Of a stretch of 64,000 bases of DNA, positions 12,462 to 24,480 are shown one piece after another. Source of the stretch: Octopus vulgaris. Its lineage: Eukaryota. The position numbers and the translations under genes were made by a program. The notes beneath the pieces were generated by a model. The model worked only from the letters and a program-made list of their open reading frames with translations, searched no databases and had not been told where the DNA came from. The stretch covers positions 52,080,001 to 52,144,000 of the forward strand of contig OX597820.1 in assembly GCA_951406725.2 (NCBI GenBank), in the 5' to 3' direction. Numbering within the stretch: position 1 is the first letter of the stretch; each line of letters opens with the position of its first letter.

Positions 12462-13302
12462 GTTAGTCACACAGCCTTATGAGAACTTTATTGAGTCATT
12501 ACTTTATTTGCCCAACCTCTCGTGTTTTTTGAACTGTCTACTCCAGTTCCTTGTGATGACATTTGAAGAACCAAAACAAACCCTGACATTACAACGATTT
12601 GACACTGGACATTCCCGTAGAGTTTCATGAGTTTCATCTTTTTCACACCTATATCAATATTTGTAAGCTTCATACATAATGACAGTGTTACTGAAACATG
12701 AAATTAATGAATGTAGAATACAATTTCATATAACTATTGAAATATTTTGCCTAATATAAGGGAAATGAGTTAAACATTGTTTGGGACGTGTCACAACACC
12801 TTTTATTTATATGCTGACTTCCTTTAACTGTAGAACATGGGTATATTTCTGTTTCACATTTTATCTCATAATTAGAGAATAAACATCCTTCTAGAACTGA
12901 CGTTGTGTTTTTCATCTTGCTGGGTTGACATTACTTTCGATCCCTAATTCATAGAATACTAAGGAGTTTTCAGTTGCCTACACTTTTTCCTTATAAATTT
13001 GTGGTGGTCAATACCAATATGTAAAACCTTTAACTATGCTGCAATTGCGAGGCATAGATTTTCATTGAGACACAGTACAAATATGATAAGTAATTTTAAG
13101 CTCACTTTGAAAATATATTTCAAATCAGTTGAAATTGTAGATACGTTTGTTTCACATTTAACATTTATGAAAAAACAAAACACATTGAAAGCTTCGACAA
13201 TGAAATTCATCCAAACTTTGGATGAGGATGATGATATATATATATGTGTGTGTGTGCTCCTCTCTCTCTCTCTCTCTCCACACACACACACATATATATA
13301 AA

Positions 13303-13400
13303 CGCAGGTGTGGCTGTTTGATAAGAAGTTTGCTTCCCAAACACATGTTTCCGGGTTCAGTCCTACTGCATGGAACCTTGGGCAAGTATCTCCTACTATA
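13303..13400 (+). mobile_element. SINE family A head, fused to PLE sequence
   Basis: gtggctgtttgataagaagtttgcttccc...ttccgggttcagtcc...ccttgggcaagtatctcctactata. Confidence 0.75.
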
Positions 13401-14739
13401 CATAAATTCTTCTCTAACTTAAACCTAACTACAACATTCGTAAACGCTCACAAAACTGCCAACTTTCTGGACGTAACTGTAAACTTATCAACCTACCAAT
13501 ACTCCCCTTACCACAAACCTAACCAATATCCACTCCAGTCACCTCAAATCCACTTTCGATGACATAATCAAGGGCATCTCAACCCGAATATCCGACCTCT
13601 CTTCCACTGCGGAAGCCTCTAATAAGGAAAAGCTTTCTCTTTACTATCAAAACTCACATAATTACAACTCTAGTCATACGAACGCTCAGCACTCACACAG
13701 CTCCAGTATAGGTACCCTTACCCACAGCCCAACCCATACTACTGACACTGCCCAGAAAAGCACCACAATCTCTACCACTCTTACAAATAGTAGAATAAGT
13801 AGTAACAATATAAATAATAACAATGATGGTAATGATAACGTTAATAATACTAATAATCTAGACTTTTCTACCCACCTCTCCTCAGACAATATTACTTCCT
13901 CCATCCCCGAACACAATCCCCAAAATTCACCTAATTCTAACTGCCGTCCTGAACCATCTACTCGTTACAAACCCATTGCAGAAGATATAATGTAATTTAC
14001 AAATGCACTGTCCTTAATCTATTATACAACTCTACAGTCATATACATAGGATCAACCAAAAATTTTAAGCAACGATATGCTGCTCACCTCCATTATTTTA
14101 GATACGATAAACATAGTAAATCTACAACACTCGCTAACCGCGTACAACAGCTCAAAAACACAAATATACCCTATACTTTATCATGGTCCATACTGGATTC
14201 AGGGCTTCCCTACCGAGGTCACAGTTCAAACTTCAAGCTTTGTCTAAAGGAGGTACTTCACATATTAAAGCACTCCAACACTTTAAAATAAACATAATGA
14301 GTCACAAGGTACATGCAACCACCGATTTTGTCACACATTCAAATTCTACCACGAATCCAAATGCCTAAATGACCATATAGTATATTTCCATAATACACCT
14401 TAGGTAATTCCAATAACCTTATAAGTCTATATTTTAACTCCTAATCCCTATCTAATCCTTCTTTCATACTTGAATATCACAATCATTTAATTGCATTTGT
14501 ATATATATATATGCGTGCGTAAGTATGGACGTGTAAGTGTGTGTGTGTATGAGTGTGTGCCTGTGTGTGCATGTGTGTGTATGTATGTATGCAAACTATA
14601 TATACCTGCGTGTGCAGGGGTGATAAAACATATAGATACACGTATATATGGGTGTGCGTATGTACATCTACATATGAGTACATGTTGTATATGTAGGTAT
14701 TGATGTGTATAAATATCTATATACATGTTTAACATATGC

Positions 14740-14792
<53 letters not shown>

Positions 14793-15606
14793 TATATATA
14801 TATTCTTCAACTACTAAGCAGTGACATATCCTCTAAGTAACCTAACCGATATTCGCAATTTTTTCATTCCACCATTTTACTACCCCTACCCTCTCTCTTT
14901 GCCCCTCAGTTAAGCTCTGCCACTACATACTTGACACTCCTTTACTATTTACCATCTCATCTTTTTACACACTCATATCTTTTTCTCTCACCACCATTCC
15001 TTCTACCTGACACACTTTTACTCTTTACACTCTCATATCTTTCCCTCTATATCACATTCATCTCCACATTCCTTATATCAATTTATGCTGACTGACTGAC
15101 CACTAGCCAGTACACTTTCCCTCTCTTCATTTCTCTATTATCATTTCCCTCTCTTCATTTCTCTCCTAGCCTTTCGTTTTTTTTATTTTTTATTTTATTT
15201 TTTCCTCATTTCCTGTTTTTGATTTTACTTTACAAACACATTCCCAACTTCTAAGTCACTTCAGACAAACCCTCGATTCAATAACACCGTTTAGAAACTC
15301 TATGCTTGGTCTGGAATGCCCAATTTTAAATACTATTGGAACTTAATCTGAAGATATAGAAATATTATATGCATAACATTCTGCCTAAATAATGGAACTG
15401 AAGATACAATATCTCTGCATATCTCACGTCTATTTTACTCCTCTTCACTCTCTATTTCATATCTTATATGGAATGATTATTGTTTAACCATTTTCACACG
15501 TTGTTCCCGATGAAGGGATATATAAAATATCCCGGAAATAGCTGTAAGACCTTGTAATTATAAATGTTGTGAAATCTTTATAGCCTTGAATTTTTACCTC
15601 ATTCTG

Positions 15607-15615
<9 letters not shown>
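13395..15615 (+). mobile_element. Old Penelope-like element, 3' part (RT thumb, GIY-YIG endonuclease, 3' pseudo-LTR)
   Basis: ANFLDVTVNL...PYHKPN, then VIYKCTV...YIGST..FKQRY..H, STTLAN, WSIL and LCLKEVLHI; the pseudo-LTR carries an HHR at 15503-15550 and ends in (TA)n. Confidence 0.8.
15503..15550 (+). ncRNA. Minimal type I hammerhead ribozyme (U4C variant) in the pseudo-LTR
   Basis: ccgatga, stem II gggatat/atatccc, gaaa, near-palindromic stem III tagctg, ta; stem I imperfect (gttc/agac). Confidence 0.65.
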
Positions 15616-15667
<52 letters not shown>

Positions 15668-15669
<2 letters not shown>

Positions 15670-15822
15670 CGCAGGAGTGGCTGTGTGGTAAGACTGAACA
15701 CATGGTACCGTGTTCAGTCCAACTGCGTGACATTTTGGGCAAGCGTCTTCTACAATAGCCTCGGGCCGTTCAACGCCTTGTGAGTTGATTTAGTAGTCGG
15801 AAAATGAAAGAAGCTCGTCATA
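15668..15822 (+). mobile_element. SINE family A, 5' half (interrupted by the PLE)
   Basis: ggcgcaggagtggctgtgtggtaag (A-box-like)...gaaagaagctcgtcata; the 3' half resumes at 19381. Confidence 0.8.
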
Positions 15823-15844
15823 CACGCTACGCTTCATTATCCAT

Positions 15845-18391
15845 TTGAATCAACTCTTCCATCAATTTCTTTCTGATACCAAACTTCGTAAACTCCAATC
15901 ACTCTTCCATTCCACCCTACCCGACGCCACTACCCCAACTCCTCCACCACCCTTCTCCCCTCCCGATAGGCTCCATCCACCCACACCTAACCCCACTGCC
16001 CCTCCCTACAACCCCTTCTCCCCTCCCGTTAGGCTCCATCCACCTACACCTAACCCTACTGCCCCGCCCAACCACCCCCCACACACCTCCCAAATCCCTC
16101 CCCCTCAGACCTCCACGATACCTACCACCCCTCCTACTTCTATTCCACCCACCCCTTCTCCACTTCCGTCTGTTGTTACCATTCCGCCCGATCTTCCCCC
16201 CTCTGCGGCTGAACGCTCCGTCCTTGGTAGGGGTCTGCGTTTCATCCCCCTCACTCCATCCTGTAAGGAATTCCAGACGCGAGTTGATGTCCACAGCTTT
16301 GTGCGCCGTGTCCGGTTGGGTGCGCATTACCACGACTCGCCACCCACACCCAACGAAGAGGACGACTGCTTCACTGGCCTGGGCCGCCGACCATCCCCGT
16401 GGACGCCTGCCCCTGGCCAGATCCTAGCAGTGGATCTTTTCGCGGGCGCTTGTCAGCGTGCATTGGAGCGGTTCAACTTCTCCAGGCGCCAACGCCGCCT
16501 CAACATCTCCCCGGCTGAGCTCTTGGCTCTTCGTTCCCTCCAACGGCGCGCTGACATTATCATCAAACCGGCTGACAAGGGTGGAGCTGTAGTGGTGTGG
16601 CGCGCGGACCTCTATAGGGCCGAGGCTTTCCGCCAACTCAATGACACCTCCTTCTATTCCCCTCTGCCCTCTAACCCCACACGTAGCTACCAACAGACGG
16701 TATCCTCTACTGTCCAAGACCTCATCTCGTCCACCCGTCTCCCCCGCACCGCATCCAACCTAATTGTGCGAACCCCACGTACCCCCACCATTTACTTCCT
16801 CCCCAAAATCCACAAACCCAACAACCCTAGCCGCCCCATTGTCTCCGCCTGTAACTGCCCCACGGAGCTCATCTCTAAATACCTCGACCGTGTCCTTGCC
16901 CCCCTAGTGGCATCTCTTCCCTCCCACATCCACGATACCAACCATGCTCTCCGGCTTTTCAACTCTTTCTCCTTTCCTCCCGGCTCCTCCAAAATCCTTT
17001 TTACTATGGACATCCAAAGCCTATATACTGTTATCCCTCACCACGAAGGACTGCAGGCCCTTCGACACTTTCTTGACCTCCGCTCTAACCCTGTACCTGA
17101 CACCTCCACACTCATTCGTCTGGCCGAACTTGTCCTTACTCTGAACTGCTTCTCGTTCGCGGGCGAGTTCTACCATCAGGTCTCGGGAGTGGACATGGGA
17201 ACGCGAATGGGCCCCAACTATGCGAACCTGTTCGTTGGCTATGTTGAGGCCCAAATATTCTCTAATTTCACTGGTCCCACTCCTGAACTATATAGTCGTT
17301 ATATTGACGACATTATCGGTGCCACCTCACTCTCCCGCGAACATCTAGATTCCTTCCTCTCTTTCGTCCAATCTTTCCATCCAGCCCTCCACTTCACTTC
17401 CACTATCTCCAACACCTCTGTCTCCTTCCTTGACATTTCGGTTAGCATTCTTCACTCCACTCTTACCACCTCCATTCACTACAAACACACAGACTCACAC
17501 TCATACCTCAACTTCTCTTCCTCCCACCCAGAACACACCAAGCTTTCCATCCCCTATTCCCAATTCCTCCGTCTACGTAGGCTCTGTAGTGACGACCATG
17601 ACTTTGAGACTCAGTCTCAACGTATGGCTCACCACTTCACCCTACGTGGATACCCCCTCACCACTATCCACACCGCCCTTGCCAGAGCACGGTCCGTGGA
17701 CCGTGTATCTGCTCTCTCTCCCCGAACCCGCCCTGTAGTCTCCCGCCTCCCTTTTCCCCTCACTTACCACCCCATGACCCTACGTCTCCAACGCACCATT
17801 CTTCGAGCTTTCCGTCATCTCCAGTCCGACCCGTCCACTTCACACCTCTTCCCTAACCGACCCCTCCCCTCTTTCAAACGAGCCCACAACCTTCGAGACC
17901 TTTTGGTCCATAGCTCCTTCCCTGACCCTACCTCCCAACCCGGCTCGTTCCCCTGCTCCCGCCCACGTTGCCGCACTTGCCCTTACCTCTCCAACACCAC
18001 CCGCCTCACTAGCACCCACCATCGACCCTATCCCATCATCCACTCCTTCACCTGCACCTCCAGCAATATTATCTATTGCATCTCTTGCTCTCTCTGCAAT
18101 TCCTTGTACATCGGACAAACGGGACGCCGCTTGGCTGACCGGTTCGCGGAACACCTTCGTGACATCCACCTTGCGAACGACACACCGGTCTCACGCCATT
18201 TCCGCTCCACCGGTCACTCCTTGCAACACCTCTCTGTGTTCGGTTTGTCCTTACACAGAGGCCATCCGGATTCCCGTTTGCGCCGTGAACAGGAATTAAT
18301 CTTCTCTCTTCGCTCTTATACGCCATTTGGTCTCAACTCTCCCCCCTCCTCATCTAACCCCCCTCTCCTCACCTATCCTTTCTCCCCCTGA
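15845..18391 (+). CDS. PLE polyprotein: reverse transcriptase + Cys linker + GIY-YIG endonuclease (848 codons, no upstream ATG)
   Basis: KPADKGGAVVVW, YFLPKIHK, RPIVS, MDIQSLYT, MGTRMGPNYANLF, RYIDD, FLD, CSRPRCRTC, IIYCISC..C..LYIGQTGRRLADRFAEH and REQELI..L...PFGLN; no internal stops. Confidence 0.95.
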   Translation: MNQLFHQFLSDTKLRKLQSLFHSTLPDATTPTPPPPFSPPDRLHPPTPNPTAPPYNPFSPPVRLHPPTPNPTAPPNHPPHTSQIPPPQTSTIPTTPPTSIPPTPSPLPSVVTIPPDLPPSAAERSVLGRGLRFIPLTPSCKEFQTRVDVHSFVRRVRLGAHYHDSPPTPNEEDDCFTGLGRRPSPWTPAPGQILAVDLFAGACQRALERFNFSRRQRRLNISPAELLALRSLQRRADIIIKPADKGGAVVVWRADLYRAEAFRQLNDTSFYSPLPSNPTRSYQQTVSSTVQDLISSTRLPRTASNLIVRTPRTPTIYFLPKIHKPNNPSRPIVSACNCPTELISKYLDRVLAPLVASLPSHIHDTNHALRLFNSFSFPPGSSKILFTMDIQSLYTVIPHHEGLQALRHFLDLRSNPVPDTSTLIRLAELVLTLNCFSFAGEFYHQVSGVDMGTRMGPNYANLFVGYVEAQIFSNFTGPTPELYSRYIDDIIGATSLSREHLDSFLSFVQSFHPALHFTSTISNTSVSFLDISVSILHSTLTTSIHYKHTDSHSYLNFSSSHPEHTKLSIPYSQFLRLRRLCSDDHDFETQSQRMAHHFTLRGYPLTTIHTALARARSVDRVSALSPRTRPVVSRLPFPLTYHPMTLRLQRTILRAFRHLQSDPSTSHLFPNRPLPSFKRAHNLRDLLVHSSFPDPTSQPGSFPCSRPRCRTCPYLSNTTRLTSTHHRPYPIIHSFTCTSSNIIYCISCSLCNSLYIGQTGRRLADRFAEHLRDIHLANDTPVSRHFRSTGHSLQHLSVFGLSLHRGHPDSRLRREQELIFSLRSYTPFGLNSPPSSSNPPLLTYPFSP

Positions 18392-19192
18392 CCCCTACTT
18401 CTTCAGTCCTTCATCCTTTCCCCCCCTACTCCCCTTCCCGTCTTCCCTCTTTCTCCCTCCCGCTTCCCCTTCCCGCTGCTCCCTCACTCCCTCTCTCCCC
18501 TTCTCTCTCCCCCTCTCCCTCTTTCCTCCTTCATCCCCCTCCTCCCCTTCCTTCTCCCCCATCCTCTCCTCTTCCCCCTTCTCCTCCCCCTCTTCTTCTC
18601 CTCCCCTTCTCTCCCCCTCTTCTCCCCCTCCCCCTCTTCTCCTCACTACACCACATGACTTTACACATCACATCACATATGATGTGCCATACTAATACAC
18701 ACACCAACTAATACATATTAATACGTACTAATACATACTAGTACATACTAATACTTACACCAACCCTATACATACACACGTCCAGACCCCGCATACGCAC
18801 TTATACTCTCTCTCACACACACACACACACCTATACATACCAATACGTACTAATACATACTAATACATACTAATACATACACCAACCCCATACATACGCA
18901 CGTCCAGACCAATCCTACGCACTAATACTCTCTCATACACACACACACACACACACACCCTTATACATACTAATACATACACCAACCCTATACATACACA
19001 CATCCAGACCCCTCCCACGCACTTAGCTGGTCCCTCAACCCTTTTATCAACCCTATTATCTCCCCTTATTTCGCTCTCGCGTCTCATGTTTGATCTTTGA
19101 CCTCTGGCCGACATCAGATCGCCATGTTGATTCGTTAGCTACTGCACGCATTTTTTTCTCTCCTTCTTTCTGTGTTTTTCTCTCTCTGTGTA

Positions 19193-19230
19193 TCTTTCTG
19201 TTGAAGAGCGTAGGCTCGAAACGTTAAAGA
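19193..19230 (+). ncRNA. Minimal hammerhead-like motif in the PLE 3' end (A6U variant)
   Basis: Stem I tcttt/aaaga, core ctgttga, stem II gagc-gtag-gctc, gaaa, cg, tt. Confidence 0.6.
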
Positions 19231-19327
19231 CTTGTTTTATTTATATTTCCTGAGCGCCATACTAATACAATTGTTCGTTTGTTTTCCACCTGCCTTCGTC
19301 TTTTGTTTATTTTCATAAAGCTTCCCG

Positions 19328-19380
<53 letters not shown>

Positions 19381-19382
<2 letters not shown>

Positions 19383-19676
19383 TGTATGCCTGTATGTATG
19401 TGCGTGTTGGTTATTTGTGTCTGTGTTTCACACCTCCACCATCACTTGTTTGTGTGTTTGCGTCCTCGTCACTTAGCGGTTTAGCAAAAAAAAAACGATA
19501 GAATAAGTACTAGCCTACTGAATCTCCTGCAACTCTTGTGGACAGTCTCCTTGTTTGAGTTAGGGAATGCTGCCATAAACCTTGCCTTGAATCTATCTTT
19601 GGTGTTTAGTCGATTTGTTCGACTAAAGATAGTGCTCCAGCATAGCCGCAGTCAAATGATTGAAACAAGTGAAAGA
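19381..19676 (+). mobile_element. SINE family A, 3' half, containing a Tc1-like fragment (19520-19608)
   Basis: cttagcggtttagcaaaa...gtgctccagcatagccgcagtcaaatgattgaaacaagt; the insert matches 25670-25760. Confidence 0.75.
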
Positions 19677-19700
19677 ACCCTTCCAGAAACCAGTACTTAC

Positions 19701-19755
<55 letters not shown>

Positions 19756-19766
19756 GAGTAGTAGTG

Positions 19767-20175
<409 letters not shown>

Positions 20176-21899
20176 TATACGATTTGCAAATAATGCGGAT
20201 GTAGTGACCAATAAGCCAAAACTATTATATTTTACTAGTATTCAAATACATTTTTTCTCTCCTGGTCGCCAGCTTACACTAAAAGAGCGACACCAAATTC
20301 ACTAATGTAAACCAATTCTTCAAAACTAGACTGTCTGCACATCATTTTCTATCTTCAGGCTCCTCTTCAAACGCTACCAAAATGTGTCGAGGGCTACGCC
20401 CGGCATGTAAAGCTCTCGCGTTGCTACTTTTAACAGTTTCCTCTCCATCTAGTGCTTTGTTATCAGCACCGTAAAATGGAAATATTTACCCACATCTTTG
20501 AGAATTTACAACAATTTGATTTTCCTGTTAGACACAGCTGATAGCTAACATATTTCCGCGTGTGTTGAGAGATGCATGATGCAAACTCCTGCATACAGGT
20601 ACATAATGAATGCATGTCACATACGTCCAGCTGATATAGGACCATTTCCACTTATAGCAGAGAAAATACCGACAGGGTTTATCTTGGACTTGTAAGGTCC
20701 CTTCATAGGCAAACCAACTACTGGATTTGCCGACAGTTCTTGACACGAGAAATATTGAAAATAACAGCAACGTAAACAAACATATACCTAAAAAGAATAT
20801 TAGGAAGATTTACAATAAACAAATCAGCTGGAGACTGGGAATATAACTTTGCTTTCCAAGAATCTAATATTTGCGAACGAGAACTGTAAAACACCAGACT
20901 GATCTGATTGTGTTATATTGCATTATATACCTTCGAGCAGAAGAGTATGAGAACAGAAATAGTAACTGCAATGGCTCCAGTGCTTGTTTGATAATAACCA
21001 AAATACAGGAAAACAAAACAAAAGTTTTTGAACATCTGAATTTGTTTATAGATTTAGTGATTGATTTAACATACTTGCAATTGTTGTTCCTTATATCTCT
21101 TTTATATTTCACTCTTTTTCTTCCACTACTTGTGGCACTCGTCCGTCTATTGATAATATTTTATGATTGTTGCTATTGTCGCCAAACATTGTGTTCTTTT
21201 AAACAAAAGAATTGATTTTTGTGATGTTGCACCGGCATACATATAAACATGCCCCTATAATTTTAAATATGAAGAAACGAAGTGTTGCTATGTATGTATA
21301 TACATATACGTGTGTGCATATGCACACGATCATGTGTGTGTGTATGCATCTGTCTGTCGATCTGCGCATATATTTATTATATGTATTTGTCCACTTATAT
21401 ATGTTGGCAGCTATCACTACATTATAAAATAAAAAAAGCAATGAAATAAATATTAGTAAACAAAAAATAAGTACATATGTGTGAGTATTGTGATAGCACT
21501 GCGGTACTGTTTAACATTTAACGAATGTAGTCCTGCTGTGTGCGATAGATAGTCCCAGTGTAATATTATTCCCTTTTTATTTGGTGGGAGCAGATTAACA
21601 ATCTACCTAGTTTCAAAGCTCTACGTGGCTTTGTATACATGTAGCAAGAAATTCTATAAGTATCTGTCGGAAATTTATTTTAAAAAATACCGACATAGCA
21701 TGCATTGGAACAGATACGAAATTCTGGAACCTAAAACACTGCAAAACTTTCCCTTTCATTTATAGCATCCATTGCCTCCGTTTGCAAAACTTTCACAGAA
21801 TCATTACTGCAGACAACATACAGATTTCTCAGTGAATTGTTAGAAAATGTGCTTCTGGAAATACTTTTATATATTCATTTGCTTGTTTATTTGTTTATT

Positions 21900-24050
21900 G
21901 AGAATCTTCCTATTTTTGCTGTAATGAATCATCATTTGAAATCCAAGAAACACAACGTTGGCAATATAGATAAAATTTAACATATATATCCCGTTCTCAA
22001 ACTAGCTATGCCACTCCTACTGATTTAACTTAGGTATATCATAGTCCATTTTCGAAATCATATAAAAGTTCACAGTTACTTATTTCTCGAAACGGATTTC
22101 TTTTGACAACTTCTATTCCTAGAAATTAATATCATTTTTTTACGGTTTTTCAGTCTTGTATTTTATGTATTATCGTATCTCACAAAATATCTGTTTGCTC
22201 CATATATGTCTCAATAGCTAGGGACCTTATAATTTTCTGATGTCATCCAGTTTTTTTCTTCTTGAAAATGTCGTGGCTATTGCATTAGACATTTGTTCCT
22301 ATGTTATGTTTCTTGTTTTGAACAATTTCTTCCTTCGTCCTCCATATATCTTTCTCTTTACTTTTTCTATATAGGTTGTCGTTGGTTCTGCATTCACTTT
22401 TATTTCTTAAAAATATCGATTTGGTGGCAGCCGAACTGTTTGTTTGGTAAAAAAAGATTGATGTCGTTTTTCATATCGGCAAAAACTTTGCAATATGACC
22501 AACATGTCAGTATATTTTTTAAAAACTTCTTTGATTTTTCTCTATATCTGTTTGCCTTGTTAGTCTTAAGCAATGGACGCTTCACCACCATTTTTTCCTT
22601 CTTTTAACATTTGAGGGTCTCGTCATTTATTTCATTACAGATTCAGTTTTCTTTTATTCTCTTTCTTCTTTTATTCTCTGTGCCTTCATGTTTTTTGCTA
22701 CATTTTTTTGATATTCATTTTATTTTTTCTTCAGTTGTCATATTTATTTATTGTGTACATACACAACTCATTTATTTACATTTCTTGAAGCGCACTTTCA
22801 GTTCGCTTTGGCAATATACAGTATTTGCTCTTCTATTTTGTATTTTCTATTGTTGCAACAACACTCTATGTAGTATGTGCGCGGTGCCTGGCCGAACTAT
22901 ATTCTGTAAGTTGTGCATATTGTAAGAGCTGGCATTTGGCTGGTGCCTTTATGGGTAAGTACTTCAATTATTCTTAATGCACATAACATAGAAATACTTT
23001 CTTATTTCTGTTTCACATACTACTTGCCCATAACAAAATTTTGTGATATTCTCTAAAACTTACACCTGTCTATCTTTTTTTTTTGTTGATTTGTAAATGC
23101 TTTTGTATAAATCTTTGCGTATAACATCATAAAAGATTACAAATAAAACGGTATACACCACCCTTAACAGGTATCTGGACTTCTATGCATGGATCAATAT
23201 AATTCGTTAGATTTTTAACAATATAATTATCTTTCTGTTTCAAGACTTTGTACAAGTTTCTACTATGCTACCTAGTTATGTGTAGCGCAGCGAAGGCATA
23301 CATGTATCCAAAATTCTAACTATTAATGATTTCATTCCATTCTGAAATCCCTTTTATTCTAGACTTCAACTACTAGTATTGTTGGTCTTGGGTTGCTATT
23401 TGCAGCAATACCAGTTATGCCACCTTGTGCATAAGCTGGTTGTTAGTACAATTTATGTGCAACATTGATTTAGATGTTGATAAATACTTTTAGCAATTTT
23501 CCCATTTTTCTGCGTTTACTCTGTGACTGAGTATTACGTATCTTCGTCTGTATGAAATTGTTCTTAAGCGGCTAATTAATTACGGAATCATTTTCTCGTC
23601 TCTGTGACACATCTCTTAGTGACAACCAACGTTATTCGCCTTCAGCATCATCGATTTAGTACATATGTTGTCTGTGTATTTCATCCACTCTCCAATCGTT
23701 TGTCCTGCTGTCTTCGTTGTTACTCTTGAACACTCTTACTCTTTCAGGTAATTCGATATTTCTGGTTGCAGTTATTCTTCCTTCAATACTCCCAGCGTAG
23801 GTTTTTAAAACTAAAGTCACTGCATAGATGTTCACTTCTACATTACTGAATATTTTATTACTCCCTTTGACGGATACCTTCTTTGTAGAACCTATCACTA
23901 TTAATTTTAAGGAGTATGTTATGCATTTTGAGTAAAACCATACTCTCTGTATCCAGTTTCTTACAGATCCGTGTTCGACCAGTTGAGATATGGGAGAGAC
24001 TACTTGACACAGACATTGCTCACGTGTTAACTGTTTTACTCTGATCACTC
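21900..24050 (-). pseudogene. Possible ancient LTR-retrotransposon pol remnant
   Basis: A-rich minus strand. LVEHGSVRNWI resembles the retropepsin LVDTGS motif, and downstream GK..KVFINI*IN.AH and GFQNGMKSL resemble Gypsy RT motifs; heavily disrupted. Confidence 0.3.
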
Positions 24051-24199
24051 ACAGAAGTTTTGCCTTCAATATTTACCTTATCGTTCTGTGGTAAACGTAT
24101 GATTTATGCGACAATATCTCTTATTTCACGTTCCTTTACCTTTCTATAATTCCGCTCATCTACCTCCCATCTGGTTCAGATATTTCCAAGATAGCCAAT

Positions 24200-24480
24200 A
24201 AAATGTCGATATTGACGAACGTTCTGGGAGACACGCACGCAACTAGTAGAACTGAGAAAAACATCACAGATGTGCGTGCAGCTGTGAGGGGTAATCATTG
24301 AATCACCATCCGCGAGTTATCAGATGATGTGCAGATGAGTTTCAGTTCAGTTCAGTCCAGAAATTTTGAGTATAAGACGCCTGTCTGTCATGTTTCTACC
24401 AAATACCACTTTCAGCTGACCCAAAAGATATTAGGTTTCAGTTGCACAAGATCGATCTGATTGTGTCGAGAACGATCAAA
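24200..24480 (+). mobile_element. Mariner transposase N-terminal remnant
   Basis: DERSGR...TSRTEKNITDVRAAV...ITIRELSDDVQMSFSSVQS (HTH region), then a degenerate WVPHEL-like segment. Confidence 0.7.

Larger units (their letters stand above)
15823..19330 (+). mobile_element. Penelope-like retroelement, Neptune-type, young and 5'-truncated
   Basis: Long RT + GIY-YIG frame, pyrimidine-rich 3' region, HHR-like motif at 19193-19230, 3' end abutting (TA)n. Confidence 0.93.

Noticed and set aside
12300-13210. Possible hAT element (TIR-like cagtggtgtagt and faint transposase words)
   Set aside because: No matching second TIR or TSD found; motif similarity too weak
15917-18646. Antisense and alternative-frame ORFs overlapping the PLE ORF
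   Set aside because: Shadows of a GC-rich coding frame and of the C/T tract; no recognisable domains
20528-20779. 83-aa ORF with a hydrophobic N-terminus and several Cys as a secreted peptide
   Set aside because: Non-ATG start, no recognisable family and no supporting gene structure
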